A stretch of 64,000 bases of DNA from Planctomycetota bacterium (GTDB lineage: Bacteria; Planctomycetota; B15-G4; JADJEK01), in NCBI GenBank assembly GCA_044225365.1, contig JBGAIQ010000017.1:32001-96000 (forward strand), written 5' to 3'. The notes below the pieces were generated by a model. The model saw nothing but the letters and a program-made list of their open reading frames with translations, was not told where the DNA came from and did not search any database. Position numbers and translations under genes: made by a program. This document shows positions 37,210 through 46,767 of this stretch, one piece after another (positions within the stretch are counted from its first letter, which is position 1; the number at the start of each line of letters is the position of its first letter).

Positions 37210-38591
37210 ACCGATCCGCGGCGCTCGCGCTGTGCGTGTTCGTTGCGCTCAGCGGCTGCGGGAAGGCGTCGGACGACACCGCGCCACGCGTCGGTCTATT
37301 GCTCGAGGACGGGCTCTACGACAGCGACCTGACCGCGCCTTTCGACGTCTTTCAGGCGACGAAGGCCGCGGCCGCGCCGGGACTCTCGGTGTGCACGATC
37401 GCGCGCAGCAAGACGCCGGTTCGCACCCATGAAGGGCTCGTCGTCACGCCGGACTTCGACTTCGCTTCCGCGCCGCGGCTCGAGATCCTCGTGATCCCGG
37501 GTGCGCAGCGCCACGTCGCGGAGGAATTCGATGATCCCGAGCTGATCGAGTTCGTGCGGACGACGGCGAAGGCGGCGCGCTTCGTGATGGCGCTTCGCGA
37601 CGGTGCATTCGTCCTCGCGAAGGCGGGCCTGCTCGACGGGATCACATGCACGACGTTCGGGCGCAACGCTGACGAGTTGCGCAAACGCTCCCAGAAGGCC
37701 GTCGTGGTCGACAACGTCTCGTTCGTCGTCGATGGCAAGATCATCACGTCGGTGGGTGGCTCGCGCTCGTACGATCCCGCGCTCTACCTCGTCGAGCGGT
37801 TGTTCGGTGCCGAACCCGCGCGAACGATCGGTCAGGGACTCGTGGTCGATTGGGATCTCTCGACCGTTTCCCATCTGATCCACGATCCGCGGACGGATCC
37901 TTCGGCCCGGCGGGCCTACGCGTTGGGCGAGCGGATCGACGCCGACGTCTTCGTCGAAGACGCGACCGGCGGAAGGACGCGACTGCTCGACATTCCGACG
38001 AAGAACGAACGCGTCGTGGTCGTCGTGATCTTCGGAGGCGGTGCCAATGCCGAATCGCCTCCGCGCGCAGGACTGTGGTGCGAGGACTCGCTCTCCGAGA
38101 TGGGGACGCTGCGTCACGCGATCCAGCGCTTCGCCGGGGATTCCGTACTTGTCGACGAACGCGTGCGATTCATCGCGATCGCATGTCCTCCAATGCATCA
38201 CGAAGCGCGCTTCGGCTACGAGGTCGGCGCATTCAAGCCCGGCGGTTCGAAGCAGTCCCGAGACGTCTTCGCCGCGCAGACGTCGAAACTCGTCGCCAAC
38301 GGGCTCCTGCCGTTCACGGACGTGTTCTTCGACTTCGAATACCGCTTCCTGCGCAATCTCGCGGTCGATCCCGCGACCGAGGCCGAGCAGAGCGCCGCGA
38401 AGTGGATCGGCCGGTTTCGCGCCGATGGCGATGCTCAGGAGTACGGCACGCCGACACTGTGGATCCTCTCGCGCGACGGAAGGGTCCTCGCTCCGCCGTT
38501 CCACGACAACAACTGGGAGAGCGGACGTCCTCTCCGTCACACTTCTCGCGAGCTCGAAGCCGCGATCGCTCGCGCACTCGAGATTGCCTGA
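37206..38591 (+). CDS. Lipoprotein: DJ-1/PfpI-like domain fused to a thioredoxin-like (CxxS) domain
   Basis: Lipobox LSGC. DJ-1 motifs GLVVTPDFDF..AP.LEILVIPG, DGAFVLAKAGLLDG and VDGKIITSVG. C-terminal WCEDS and GTPTLWILSRDGRV. Confidence 0.72.
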   Translation: MNRSAALALCVFVALSGCGKASDDTAPRVGLLLEDGLYDSDLTAPFDVFQATKAAAAPGLSVCTIARSKTPVRTHEGLVVTPDFDFASAPRLEILVIPGAQRHVAEEFDDPELIEFVRTTAKAARFVMALRDGAFVLAKAGLLDGITCTTFGRNADELRKRSQKAVVVDNVSFVVDGKIITSVGGSRSYDPALYLVERLFGAEPARTIGQGLVVDWDLSTVSHLIHDPRTDPSARRAYALGERIDADVFVEDATGGRTRLLDIPTKNERVVVVVIFGGGANAESPPRAGLWCEDSLSEMGTLRHAIQRFAGDSVLVDERVRFIAIACPPMHHEARFGYEVGAFKPGGSKQSRDVFAAQTSKLVANGLLPFTDVFFDFEYRFLRNLAVDPATEAEQSAAKWIGRFRADGDAQEYGTPTLWILSRDGRVLAPPFHDNNWESGRPLRHTSRELEAAIARALEIA

Positions 38592-38605
38592 ATCAGGACG
38601 AGCGG

Positions 38606-39556
38606 TCAGGCGCGCAGGGGGATCCCGATCTTCGCGAGAACGGTCCCGAGTGGCGGTACGCCGTCGGTCGCTCCAAACGCGCGCAAGCCATACCACGCGA
38701 CCGCGGCGCCGACGCGCACGGCGTCGAGCAGGGAGAGGTGCGTGACGAATCCCGCGATCACTCCGGCGATGAAGCAGTCGCCGGCACCGGTCGTGTCGAC
38801 GACCCGATCGAGCGGCAGGGCGGGAACGAGGCAGCGAGTGCCGTCCGCGGCAAGGACGTAGGCACCGTCCGCTCCGAGTTTGACGACGACGTTCTCGGCC
38901 CCGAGCTCGGCGATCTGGGTCGCGATCGCGGCGGGCTCCTCCAGCCCCGTGAGGCGCTTGCCTTCCTCGAGCGAGGGAGCGAACACGTCGCAGTACTCGA
39001 GCGCCGGGACGAGCGCGTCGATCCACCGATCGCGCGACACCGCTTGGAACTGGGTGTCGAGGATCGTCATGATCCCGTTGCGGCGTGCGGTACCGAGGAT
39101 CTCGGCGAGCGGTGGACCGTCGAGCGAAGCCATTCCCATGGCTCCCGTGACGGCCACGACGCGCTTGCCGAAGTACGCCCCGTCCTTGATATCGGTGACT
39201 CGGATGCGATCGTTGGTGCCGCGGCAGTGGAAGTAAGAGCGCTCGCGCGTGCGATCGAGCATGACGAACGAGAACGGGGTCGACGTGTCGCCGTCGATCA
39301 CGAGGCTCCCACCATTCACTCCGACGCTCTCGAGTTCGTCGACGAGGAACGAGCCGAGGCGGTCCTCGCCGATACGCGTGACGAGATCGCAACCCAATCC
39401 GAGTCGTCCGAGCGCCATGGCGACGTTGACGCCGCAGCCGCCCGGCCTCAGCAGCGCCTCGTCGAACGTCACCGCGCCGCCGGGCTCGGGGAATCGCTCG
39501 ATGGTCGCCGCGATGAGGTCGACCGCGCTGTTGCCGATGACGAGGATCTCATTCAC
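38606..39556 (-). CDS. PfkB-family carbohydrate kinase
   Basis: PGGCGVNVA, VVKLGADG and VVDTTGAGDCF. Confidence 0.92.
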   Translation of the reverse strand: MNEILVIGNSAVDLIAATIERFPEPGGAVTFDEALLRPGGCGVNVAMALGRLGLGCDLVTRIGEDRLGSFLVDELESVGVNGGSLVIDGDTSTPFSFVMLDRTRERSYFHCRGTNDRIRVTDIKDGAYFGKRVVAVTGAMGMASLDGPPLAEILGTARRNGIMTILDTQFQAVSRDRWIDALVPALEYCDVFAPSLEEGKRLTGLEEPAAIATQIAELGAENVVVKLGADGAYVLAADGTRCLVPALPLDRVVDTTGAGDCFIAGVIAGFVTHLSLLDAVRVGAAVAWYGLRAFGATDGVPPLGTVLAKIGIPLRA

Positions 39557-39595
39557 TTCGAATCACCTTCGGATCAAGATCGTATCGGCGTCTCT

Positions 39596-39755
39596 ATGAC
39601 CGTTCACGATTCCGCCAGGTTACGAGACCGAACGAGAGCCGCGCAGGCAAGGAGGACCGACGAAGCGACGGAGCGAAAAGAGTCGGTGAGGAGGTCCGAC
39701 GACGCATGCGCGGCTCGCAGCCGGTCGGAGGCCTGGCCGAATCGTGAACGGTCAT
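39596..39755. mobile_element. 160-bp MITE-like/palindromic intergenic element with 24-bp terminal inverted repeats
   Basis: ATGACCGTTCACGATTCCGCCAGG matches the reverse complement of 39732-39755 at 23/24. Nested stems include GAGCCGCGCA/TGCGCGGCTC. A second partial copy lies at 59032-59107. Confidence 0.65.
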
Positions 39756-39905
39756 TTCGCGTGCGGAGAAGTCGTCGTCGCGACGAACAATTCCTCGGCT
39801 CCCACCGGTGTACGGTCTTTTGCGATCGTACGAGAATCGTTTCAATGTCCGGCTCGAGCGCGCGTGTGGCGCGACGCGGCCTTCGCCCCGGGAGTACCTC
39901 CTGAA

Positions 39906-41861
39906 ATGGTCACCCTGCAACCTGTGAAACGATCGTTCATCGACAGCCCTTGGTGCGTCCAGGACTCCGGCAATCTCTACGGCGTGAACGATTGGGGCAA
40001 GGGCCACTTCGCGATCAACGACAAGGGCAACCTCTGCGTGCGGCCGACGCTCGACCCCGCGCGGCAGTGCGACCTCTACGAAGTGATCCAGGGCCTCTCC
40101 GATCGCGGGCTCGATGCTCCGTTGCTGCTTCGCTTCGACGACATGCTCGCCTATCGGTTGCGCGAACTGCGCACCGCGTTCGACCAGGCGCTGAAGGAAC
40201 ACGAGTACACCGGGTCCTACACCTGCGTGTACCCGATCAAGGTCAATCAGCAGCGCCATCTTTGCGAGCAGATCAAGGCGTTGAATCACGAACTCGGCTT
40301 CGGATTCGAAGCGGGCAGCAAGCCGGAACTCCTCGCCGTGCTCGGAATGACCGCCGGCATGAACGCGATGCCGATCGTGTGCAATGGATTCAAGGACAGC
40401 GAATTCATCGAGACGGTCGTCCTCGCGACCAAGCTCGGCCGCAACGTGCTCACCGTCGTCGAGAAGGCGTCCGAGCTCGAGCTGATCGTGAAACATGCGA
40501 AGGCGTACGGCGTTCGTCCCAAGATCGGCGTTCGCGCGAAGCTCTCGGCGCGCGGCGCGGGTCGCTGGGAGTCGTCGGGCGGTCTTCGCAGCAAGTTCGG
40601 CCTCACGGTCTCCGAGATCGTCGCGGGCGTCGAGTACTTGAAGCTTCATGAGATGGCCGACTGTCTGAAGATGGTGCATTGCCACCTCGGCAGTCAGGTC
40701 TTCGACATCCGCAACTTCAAGTTCGCCGTGACGGAGCTCGGGTACATCTACGCCGAACTGCGTCGCATGGGCACCGGCATCGACACGATCGACATCGGCG
40801 GCGGCCTCGGCGTGGACTACGACGGTTCGCAATCGGCGGCGACGAGTTCAGTGAACTACACGATCTCGGAGTACGCGGCCGACGTCATCTATCGCTTGAA
40901 GAACGTCTGCGAGGACGCCAAGGTCCCGCACCCGAACCTCGTCACGGAGTCGGGCCGGTACATCGTCGCGAACTCGAGCGTGCTGATCTGCAACGTGCTC
41001 GGCCGCTCGCACTTCGACGTGCAGCCCGACCTCGTGAAGATCCGCGCGGACCTCTCGCAGTTGCAGGAGAAGGAGCAGCCGCAGCCGGTCCTCGATCTGA
41101 TCGACGCGCTCGAGCGCATCAACGATCGAAACCTCGTCGAGGTCTATCACGACTCGGTGCAGGCTCGCGACGAGGCGATGAGTCTCTTCTCGCTCGGCTA
41201 CATGAGCCTGCCGCTGCGCGGAGCGGCCGAGCAGTTGTTCTGGGCGATCGGCAACGAGCTCCTGAAGCGAGCGCGCAAGAAGGACCGGTTCCCCGAGGAG
41301 TTCGACGATCTGCCGCAGATCCTGTCGGACATCTACTTCTGCAACTTCTCCATCTTCCAGTCGGCGCCCGACTCGTGGGCGATCGATCAGCTCTTCCCGA
41401 TCATGCCGATCCATCGGTTGCAAGAGCAGCCGAATCGCGTCGCCGTCCTCGCCGACATCACATGCGACTCGGACGGGAAGATCGACAGCTTCGTCGACAA
41501 GCGCGAGGACAAGCGCACGCTCGAAGTGCACGAGCTGCAATCCGAGCAGCCTTACTACCTCGGGATCTTCCTCGTCGGCGCGTACCAGGAAGTGCTCGGC
41601 GATCTGCACAACCTGTTCGGCGACACGCACGTGGTCCATGTTCGCGTCGAAGAGGACGGCTGGGTGATCGACGAAATCGTGCACGGCGACACCGTGCGCG
41701 AGGTGCTCGGCTACGTGCAGTTCGATGCCGACGAGCTGTCGCGCGCGATGCGCCGCGACGTCGAGAACGCCGTGAAGCGCGGCTCCCTCGGCGTTGCCGA
41801 CAGCCGCGCGCTGATGCAGTTCTACGACAACGGTCTGCGCGGGTACACGTACCTCGAGTGA
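39906..41861 (+). CDS. speA: Biosynthetic arginine decarboxylase
   Basis: YPIKVNQQ (PLP Lys), EAGSKPEL, HCHLGSQ, DIGGGLGVDYDGS, DITCDSDG and GAYQEVLGDLHNLFG. Confidence 0.96.
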   Translation: MVTLQPVKRSFIDSPWCVQDSGNLYGVNDWGKGHFAINDKGNLCVRPTLDPARQCDLYEVIQGLSDRGLDAPLLLRFDDMLAYRLRELRTAFDQALKEHEYTGSYTCVYPIKVNQQRHLCEQIKALNHELGFGFEAGSKPELLAVLGMTAGMNAMPIVCNGFKDSEFIETVVLATKLGRNVLTVVEKASELELIVKHAKAYGVRPKIGVRAKLSARGAGRWESSGGLRSKFGLTVSEIVAGVEYLKLHEMADCLKMVHCHLGSQVFDIRNFKFAVTELGYIYAELRRMGTGIDTIDIGGGLGVDYDGSQSAATSSVNYTISEYAADVIYRLKNVCEDAKVPHPNLVTESGRYIVANSSVLICNVLGRSHFDVQPDLVKIRADLSQLQEKEQPQPVLDLIDALERINDRNLVEVYHDSVQARDEAMSLFSLGYMSLPLRGAAEQLFWAIGNELLKRARKKDRFPEEFDDLPQILSDIYFCNFSIFQSAPDSWAIDQLFPIMPIHRLQEQPNRVAVLADITCDSDGKIDSFVDKREDKRTLEVHELQSEQPYYLGIFLVGAYQEVLGDLHNLFGDTHVVHVRVEEDGWVIDEIVHGDTVREVLGYVQFDADELSRAMRRDVENAVKRGSLGVADSRALMQFYDNGLRGYTYLE

Positions 41862-41927
41862 TCCGTCCGTCGGAGCGGTCATCACCGACCCCATCTCCGA
41901 CCCGCGGCCTTCTCAGGTTTTCGCTTC

Positions 41928-42695
41928 ATGGACCCACTCTCCGCGCACAACAAGCGAGCCTGGGACGCCTACGTCGCGAAGGGCAATCGCTGGACGATTC
42001 CCGTGACGAGCGAGGAGGTCGCGGCGGCGCGGAAGGGGGAATGGAAGATCATCCTCACGCCGATCCGTGCGGTGCCTCGCGAGTGGTTCCCCGAGGTGAA
42101 AGGACGGCGGATCCTCTGCCTCGCAGGATCGGGCGGGCAGCAGGCTCCGATCCTCGCGGCCGCAGGCGGGGATGTGGTCGTGTTCGACAACTCGCCCGCG
42201 CAGCTCGCTCGGGATCGCGAGGTGGCCGCGCGCGACGGCCTCTCGATCGAGACGATCGAGGGCGACATGCGGGATCTCTCGGCGCTGCCGGACGCGGGGT
42301 TCGACATCGTCGTTCACCCCTGCTCGATCGCCTTCGTGCCGGACGTGAGGCCCGTGTTCGCCGGGGTTGCCCGCGTGCTCCGGCCGGGCGGCCGGTACCT
42401 CGCGGGTTTCGTCCAACCGTTCACCTACATGTTCGACGAGGACGCGGAGAAGAAGGGCGAGCTCGTCATTCGACATGCTCTGCCGTATTCCGACGAGAAG
42501 TCGCTATCGAAGAGCGAATACGACGCGCTCGTTCGCGACTCGGAAGCGCTCGTCTTCAGCCACTCGCTCACCGAACTGATCGGTGGCCAGCTCGAGGCGG
42601 GGCTGCGTCTACTCGACCTCTACGAGGATGGCTGGCCAGGGCGTGCGCTCGATCGCTTCGCGAAGGCGACGCTCGCGACGTGCGCGACTCGCTGA
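41928..42695 (+). CDS. Class I SAM-dependent methyltransferase
   Basis: ILCLAGSGGQQ, VFDNS, GDMRDL and RVLRPGG. Confidence 0.88.
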   Translation: MDPLSAHNKRAWDAYVAKGNRWTIPVTSEEVAAARKGEWKIILTPIRAVPREWFPEVKGRRILCLAGSGGQQAPILAAAGGDVVVFDNSPAQLARDREVAARDGLSIETIEGDMRDLSALPDAGFDIVVHPCSIAFVPDVRPVFAGVARVLRPGGRYLAGFVQPFTYMFDEDAEKKGELVIRHALPYSDEKSLSKSEYDALVRDSEALVFSHSLTELIGGQLEAGLRLLDLYEDGWPGRALDRFAKATLATCATR

Positions 42696-42728
42696 GGCGC
42701 GAGTCGATGTGCGAATCGCATCCGGCCG

Positions 42729-43628
42729 TCAGTGCGAGAGGATGGCCGCGAGCGCCGCGTCGATCGTGGCGTGTCGGAACGAGAACCCGGCGTCGAGGAG
42801 TCGCTTCGGCACGACGCGCTGCCCTCCCAACAACAGTTGTTCGCCCATCTCGCCGAGCAGCAGCTTGATCGCGAACTCGGGTGCGGGGAACAGCGTGGGG
42901 CGGTGCAGCGCACGGCCGAGAGCCTTCGTGAACTCCGCGTTCGTGACGGGATTCGGAGCCACTACGTTGATGGGCCCCGCGAGCGATTCGTTCGTGAGCG
43001 CGAAGACGATCGCTGCGACGACGTCCTCCAGGGAGACGAAGCTCATGTACTGCTTCCCGCTCCCGAGTCGTCCGCCGAGGCCGAGCTTGAATGGAAGCAG
43101 CATGCGCGGAAGTGCGCCCCCGTCCTTCGAGAGCACGATGCCGAATCGAGTCTGAACGGTCCGGATGCCGGCGCGATGGGCGTATCGCGTCTCCGCCTCC
43201 CAATCGCGACAGATCTCCGCGAGGAATCCCTCGCCCATCGCGGAACCTTCATCGAGGACTTCGTCGCCGCGATCACCGCCGTAGAAGCCTACCGCCGACG
43301 CCGAGACGAGGACCTTCGGCAGAGGCGTGAGTGCGGCGAGGGTCTGGCCGAGGAGCTTCGTCGAGAGCGTGCGGCTCTCGAGCAGAACCTTCTTCTTCTC
43401 GTCGGTCCAACGACCACTCGCGATGCTCTCTCCCGCAAGGTGCACCGCTGCGTCGAGTCCGGACAGTCGCGTCGCGTCCAGCACGCCGTTCTGCGGATCC
43501 CACTGCACGCTCCTTCCACCCGTGCTCGCTCGACGCGACGCCCTCCACACCTCGTGGCCGGCGCTCTCGAGCGTCCGGACGAGAGTGGTTCCGACGAGGC
43601 CCGTGGCTCCGGTGACGAGGATCTTCAT
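42729..43628 (-). CDS. TIGR01777 family NAD-dependent epimerase-like protein (YfcH)
   Basis: TGATGLVG, HLAGE, SASAVGFYG, GLGGRLGSGKQ and GQRVVP. Confidence 0.92.
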   Translation of the reverse strand: MKILVTGATGLVGTTLVRTLESAGHEVWRASRRASTGGRSVQWDPQNGVLDATRLSGLDAAVHLAGESIASGRWTDEKKKVLLESRTLSTKLLGQTLAALTPLPKVLVSASAVGFYGGDRGDEVLDEGSAMGEGFLAEICRDWEAETRYAHRAGIRTVQTRFGIVLSKDGGALPRMLLPFKLGLGGRLGSGKQYMSFVSLEDVVAAIVFALTNESLAGPINVVAPNPVTNAEFTKALGRALHRPTLFPAPEFAIKLLLGEMGEQLLLGGQRVVPKRLLDAGFSFRHATIDAALAAILSH

Positions 43629-43662
43629 TCGAGTGTCCTTCTTTCCGTGATCGCCAGGTCCG

Positions 43663-44877
43663 TCACTTCGAGTCGAGTCGATGAGCGAGGAGGAAGTCGA
43701 TCGCGCGATCGAGGTGCTCGCCGACGAGGAGCGTGTGTCCGCGCCCGGGAACGGGAACGAATTCGATGTCCTTACCGGCGCGCTCGGCGCCGCGCTTCAC
43801 GGACGCGAAGGGAACGATCGAATCCTGCTCTCCGGAGAACAGGAGCGCGGGCGGCAGCGGAGCCGCTCCGATCCCGCCGCCCGAGAACGCGACGACCGCT
43901 GCGATCTTTGCGCGGTCGAGAGCCGCGAGCGAGAGCGCGGTGCCCGCGCCGAGCGAATGACCGACGAGATAGATGCGCGATCGATCGATCCTGTAGTCGC
44001 GCGCGACGTCGTCGATGAGTGCGTTCAATCGCTCGAGTCCTCGCTTCCCGGAGAAGGAGTAGGTGAGCGGAGTGATCGCGATGAAGCCACGTTCCTTCGC
44101 GAGCGTCACGAGCCTCCCCGCTCCATACGCGAATCCGAACATGTTCTCGTCGCCGCCCATGCCATGGAACGCGATCACGAGCGGTAAAGCGGTCCGTTCG
44201 CCGCGCGCATCCGTGAGCGATTCGGGCGTGAAGAGGCGGTAGGGGACGATCGAGTTGCTCCCGGGTTTCCACTCTCCGCTCGAATCGAATGCGCGCCAGA
44301 TCATCCCCACGCGGCTGTCGTACGGGTTCACTCCCCGCGCGAGCGCAGACACTTCGCCCTTCAAGGCGGATCGCAGATCCACGAGCGGCTCGACCAGTCG
44401 AAAGGTATCGCCATGGAGATCGTCGCGAAGCTTCGCGGCACGAGTGAGCGCGAGTTGGATCGCCGGCAGGAGTGCATGTCCCGCGTCACCCTCGCGCAGG
44501 GCGGAGGTCCGCAGCAATTCCAGCTTCGACGTGAAAGCGTCTCGCTCTTCCCTCAAGCGATCGGGCGCAACGGGAGCAGGTTCCTCCGCCTTCGCGGGCG
44601 GCGCAGTCTCCCTCGCCGGAGGGAGCTTCGCGATGAGTTCATCGAGTTGCGCCATCGCGGTGTCGGATTGGCCGGCGAAGAACGCGAGGCTGAGTCGATC
44701 GAAGGACGAATCGATCGTCCGCATCGCGGACTCCTCCGGTGGGTGCGCGGCGAGTCGTTGTTCGAACTCGATGAGCCGGCTGCCGAGCGCGAGTCGATCG
44801 TCTTCTGGGTTCTCTTTCGCGATGACGACGGCGACGGTGAGGATGGACGCGGCGACCCACGCGGCGAAGTTCGTCAT
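43663..44877 (-). CDS. Secreted alpha/beta-hydrolase (esterase/phospholipase-like)
   Basis: Signal peptide, PLVIAFHGMGG, GHSLG nucleophile, GEQD and GRGH triad. ATGA overlap with truB. Confidence 0.82.
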   Translation of the reverse strand: MTNFAAWVAASILTVAVVIAKENPEDDRLALGSRLIEFEQRLAAHPPEESAMRTIDSSFDRLSLAFFAGQSDTAMAQLDELIAKLPPARETAPPAKAEEPAPVAPDRLREERDAFTSKLELLRTSALREGDAGHALLPAIQLALTRAAKLRDDLHGDTFRLVEPLVDLRSALKGEVSALARGVNPYDSRVGMIWRAFDSSGEWKPGSNSIVPYRLFTPESLTDARGERTALPLVIAFHGMGGDENMFGFAYGAGRLVTLAKERGFIAITPLTYSFSGKRGLERLNALIDDVARDYRIDRSRIYLVGHSLGAGTALSLAALDRAKIAAVVAFSGGGIGAAPLPPALLFSGEQDSIVPFASVKRGAERAGKDIEFVPVPGRGHTLLVGEHLDRAIDFLLAHRLDSK

Positions 44878-45794
44878 CGCAGCACCTTCTTCGGTTGAGC
44901 CATTCCGGCCTCGGTAACGAAACCCATCGCGATCAACGTTCCCGTCGCGTCGTGGATCCTGCAGTTCGAACCAGGGATCGCGCCCGAAGCAGCGGGAATC
45001 GGAACCGCGTGCCCGTGATCCACCATGGCGGCTCCCTTCGCATCGACTCGGACCTCGAGAAGATCCTGGAGCCCGCAGGTCGGAGGCAGCAGGAGGGAGT
45101 CGACGCGTCGGTTTGCTGCGGCTTCCTTCAACGCGTCGAGCGTGATCGCATCGTCGATCGTGAATGCGCCCGATCGCAGCCGTCGCAGCTCTGAGAGGTG
45201 CGCGCCGCATCCGAGTGCACGACCCAAGTCGTGCGCGATCGATCGGACGTAGGTCCCCGTCGAACACGTGATGTCGAGAACGGCGCGCGGCGCGGTGTAT
45301 TCGACGAGATCGAGCGATCGCACCGTCACGCTCCGCGGCTTCAGGTCGACGGGAATTCCCTTGCGGGCGAGGGAGTGCGCTCGTTTCCCTTCGACGCGCA
45401 GGGCGGACCAGGCGGGCGGAACCTGTTCGATCGTTCCACGGAACGCATCCAATGCGGAACTCAATCGATCGCGCGTGAATTCGACGGGTTGCCGCTTCGT
45501 GATCGCGCCGTCCCGATCGTAGGTCTCGGTCTCCACGCCGAATTCGATCGTCGCGAGATAGCGCTTGTCGTGGCCGAGGAAGTACTCGGAGAGCCGCGTC
45601 GCCACGCCGAGGCAGATCACGAGCACTCCCGATGCGAAGGGATCGAGCGTCCCGGTGTGGCCCGCGCGCGGCTCGTCCGCGATCTTGCGGACCGCTCGCA
45701 CGATGTCGTGCGACGTGATGCCGGTCTCCTTGTCGATGACGAGGACCGCGAAGCGCTCGCCGCTCGGCGTCGTGATGGTTCGAGCCTCAGACAT
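44874..45794 (-). CDS. truB: tRNA pseudouridine(55) synthase
   Basis: DKETGITSHD, GHTGTLDPFASGVL, QVPP.WSA and CSTGTYVRS. Confidence 0.96.
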   Translation of the reverse strand: MSEARTITTPSGERFAVLVIDKETGITSHDIVRAVRKIADEPRAGHTGTLDPFASGVLVICLGVATRLSEYFLGHDKRYLATIEFGVETETYDRDGAITKRQPVEFTRDRLSSALDAFRGTIEQVPPAWSALRVEGKRAHSLARKGIPVDLKPRSVTVRSLDLVEYTAPRAVLDITCSTGTYVRSIAHDLGRALGCGAHLSELRRLRSGAFTIDDAITLDALKEAAANRRVDSLLLPPTCGLQDLLEVRVDAKGAAMVDHGHAVPIPAASGAIPGSNCRIHDATGTLIAMGFVTEAGMAQPKKVLR

Positions 45795-46767
45795 GATTGC
45801 GCAGCATCAGCTCCTTGGGATGGGGTGCGAGATAGCGTTGGCGTTCGAGGTACGCGATCTGATGCTTCTTCACGTGATGGCGGATCAGCGTGATCGGGAC
45901 GATGAGGGGGACGAGCCCTCCGCGATAGTCCTCGATCGCCGTCGCGATCTCATTGCGCTCGGCGTCGTCGACGATGTCCTTGAAGTACCCTGCCATGTGC
46001 TGGAGTACGTTCGCGTGGCGCCCGCGTGTCGCGCGCCTCTTCAGGGCTTCCATGAAACCGGCTTCGTACTTCGCGCGCAGTTCGTCGCGTGGGACCTTCT
46101 TCGCGTTCGCGACGAGGCGACCGAGTTCCTGGTAGGCCTTCGGTTCGTGGGCGAGGAGCAGCAGCTTCTCGTTGGAGTGGAACTCGACGAGATCGCCGAT
46201 CGTGAACCGCGCGGCGAAGAGATCGGTGACGCGTCGATAGGCGAACACGCGCTCGAAGAAGTTCTCGCGCAGCACGGGATCGTGGAGTCGCCCCTCCTCC
46301 TCGACCGGGAGATGGGGGAAGCGTGCGAGCAGGGCCCGGGCGAAGAGTCCGACGCCGTCCTTGGTCGGCATCGTTCCGCGATAGAGCTTCACGCGCTCCA
46401 TGCCGCAGCTCGGGGACTTGGCCTTCAGGATGTAGCCGGAGAGATCGAGCTTCTCGATCCACGGGAGTTTCCTCGCAAGGAACGCGTTCATCGCGGACGT
46501 GCGGTCCGCTCCCGAGGCGGGCTCGACGAGGCGCACGTCTTCGGGCCCCTTCCCGTGGCTCTCGAGGCGAAGGGTCGGTCGCGGCACCGAGAGTCCCATC
46601 TCGAGCTCCGGGCACACCCCGACGAACTTCACGAAGGGACCGACGGTCTCGGTCAGGAACGGGTCGTGCTTGTGGCCGCCGTCGTAACGCACGGCCTCGC
46701 CGAGCAGGCACGAGGAGATTCCGATGCGGATCTCGTCGCCTGCGACCGGAGCAGTCGGCTTGGTCAC
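45787..46767 (-). CDS. YbgA-like DUF523 (2-thiouracil desulfurase-like) + DUF1722 protein
   Basis: GISSCLLGEAVRYDGGH, CPE...G..VPR, KSPSCG, EEEGRL and HPKELMLRNH. Confidence 0.9.
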   Translation of the reverse strand: MTKPTAPVAGDEIRIGISSCLLGEAVRYDGGHKHDPFLTETVGPFVKFVGVCPELEMGLSVPRPTLRLESHGKGPEDVRLVEPASGADRTSAMNAFLARKLPWIEKLDLSGYILKAKSPSCGMERVKLYRGTMPTKDGVGLFARALLARFPHLPVEEEGRLHDPVLRENFFERVFAYRRVTDLFAARFTIGDLVEFHSNEKLLLLAHEPKAYQELGRLVANAKKVPRDELRAKYEAGFMEALKRRATRGRHANVLQHMAGYFKDIVDDAERNEIATAIEDYRGGLVPLIVPITLIRHHVKKHQIAYLERQRYLAPHPKELMLRNHV

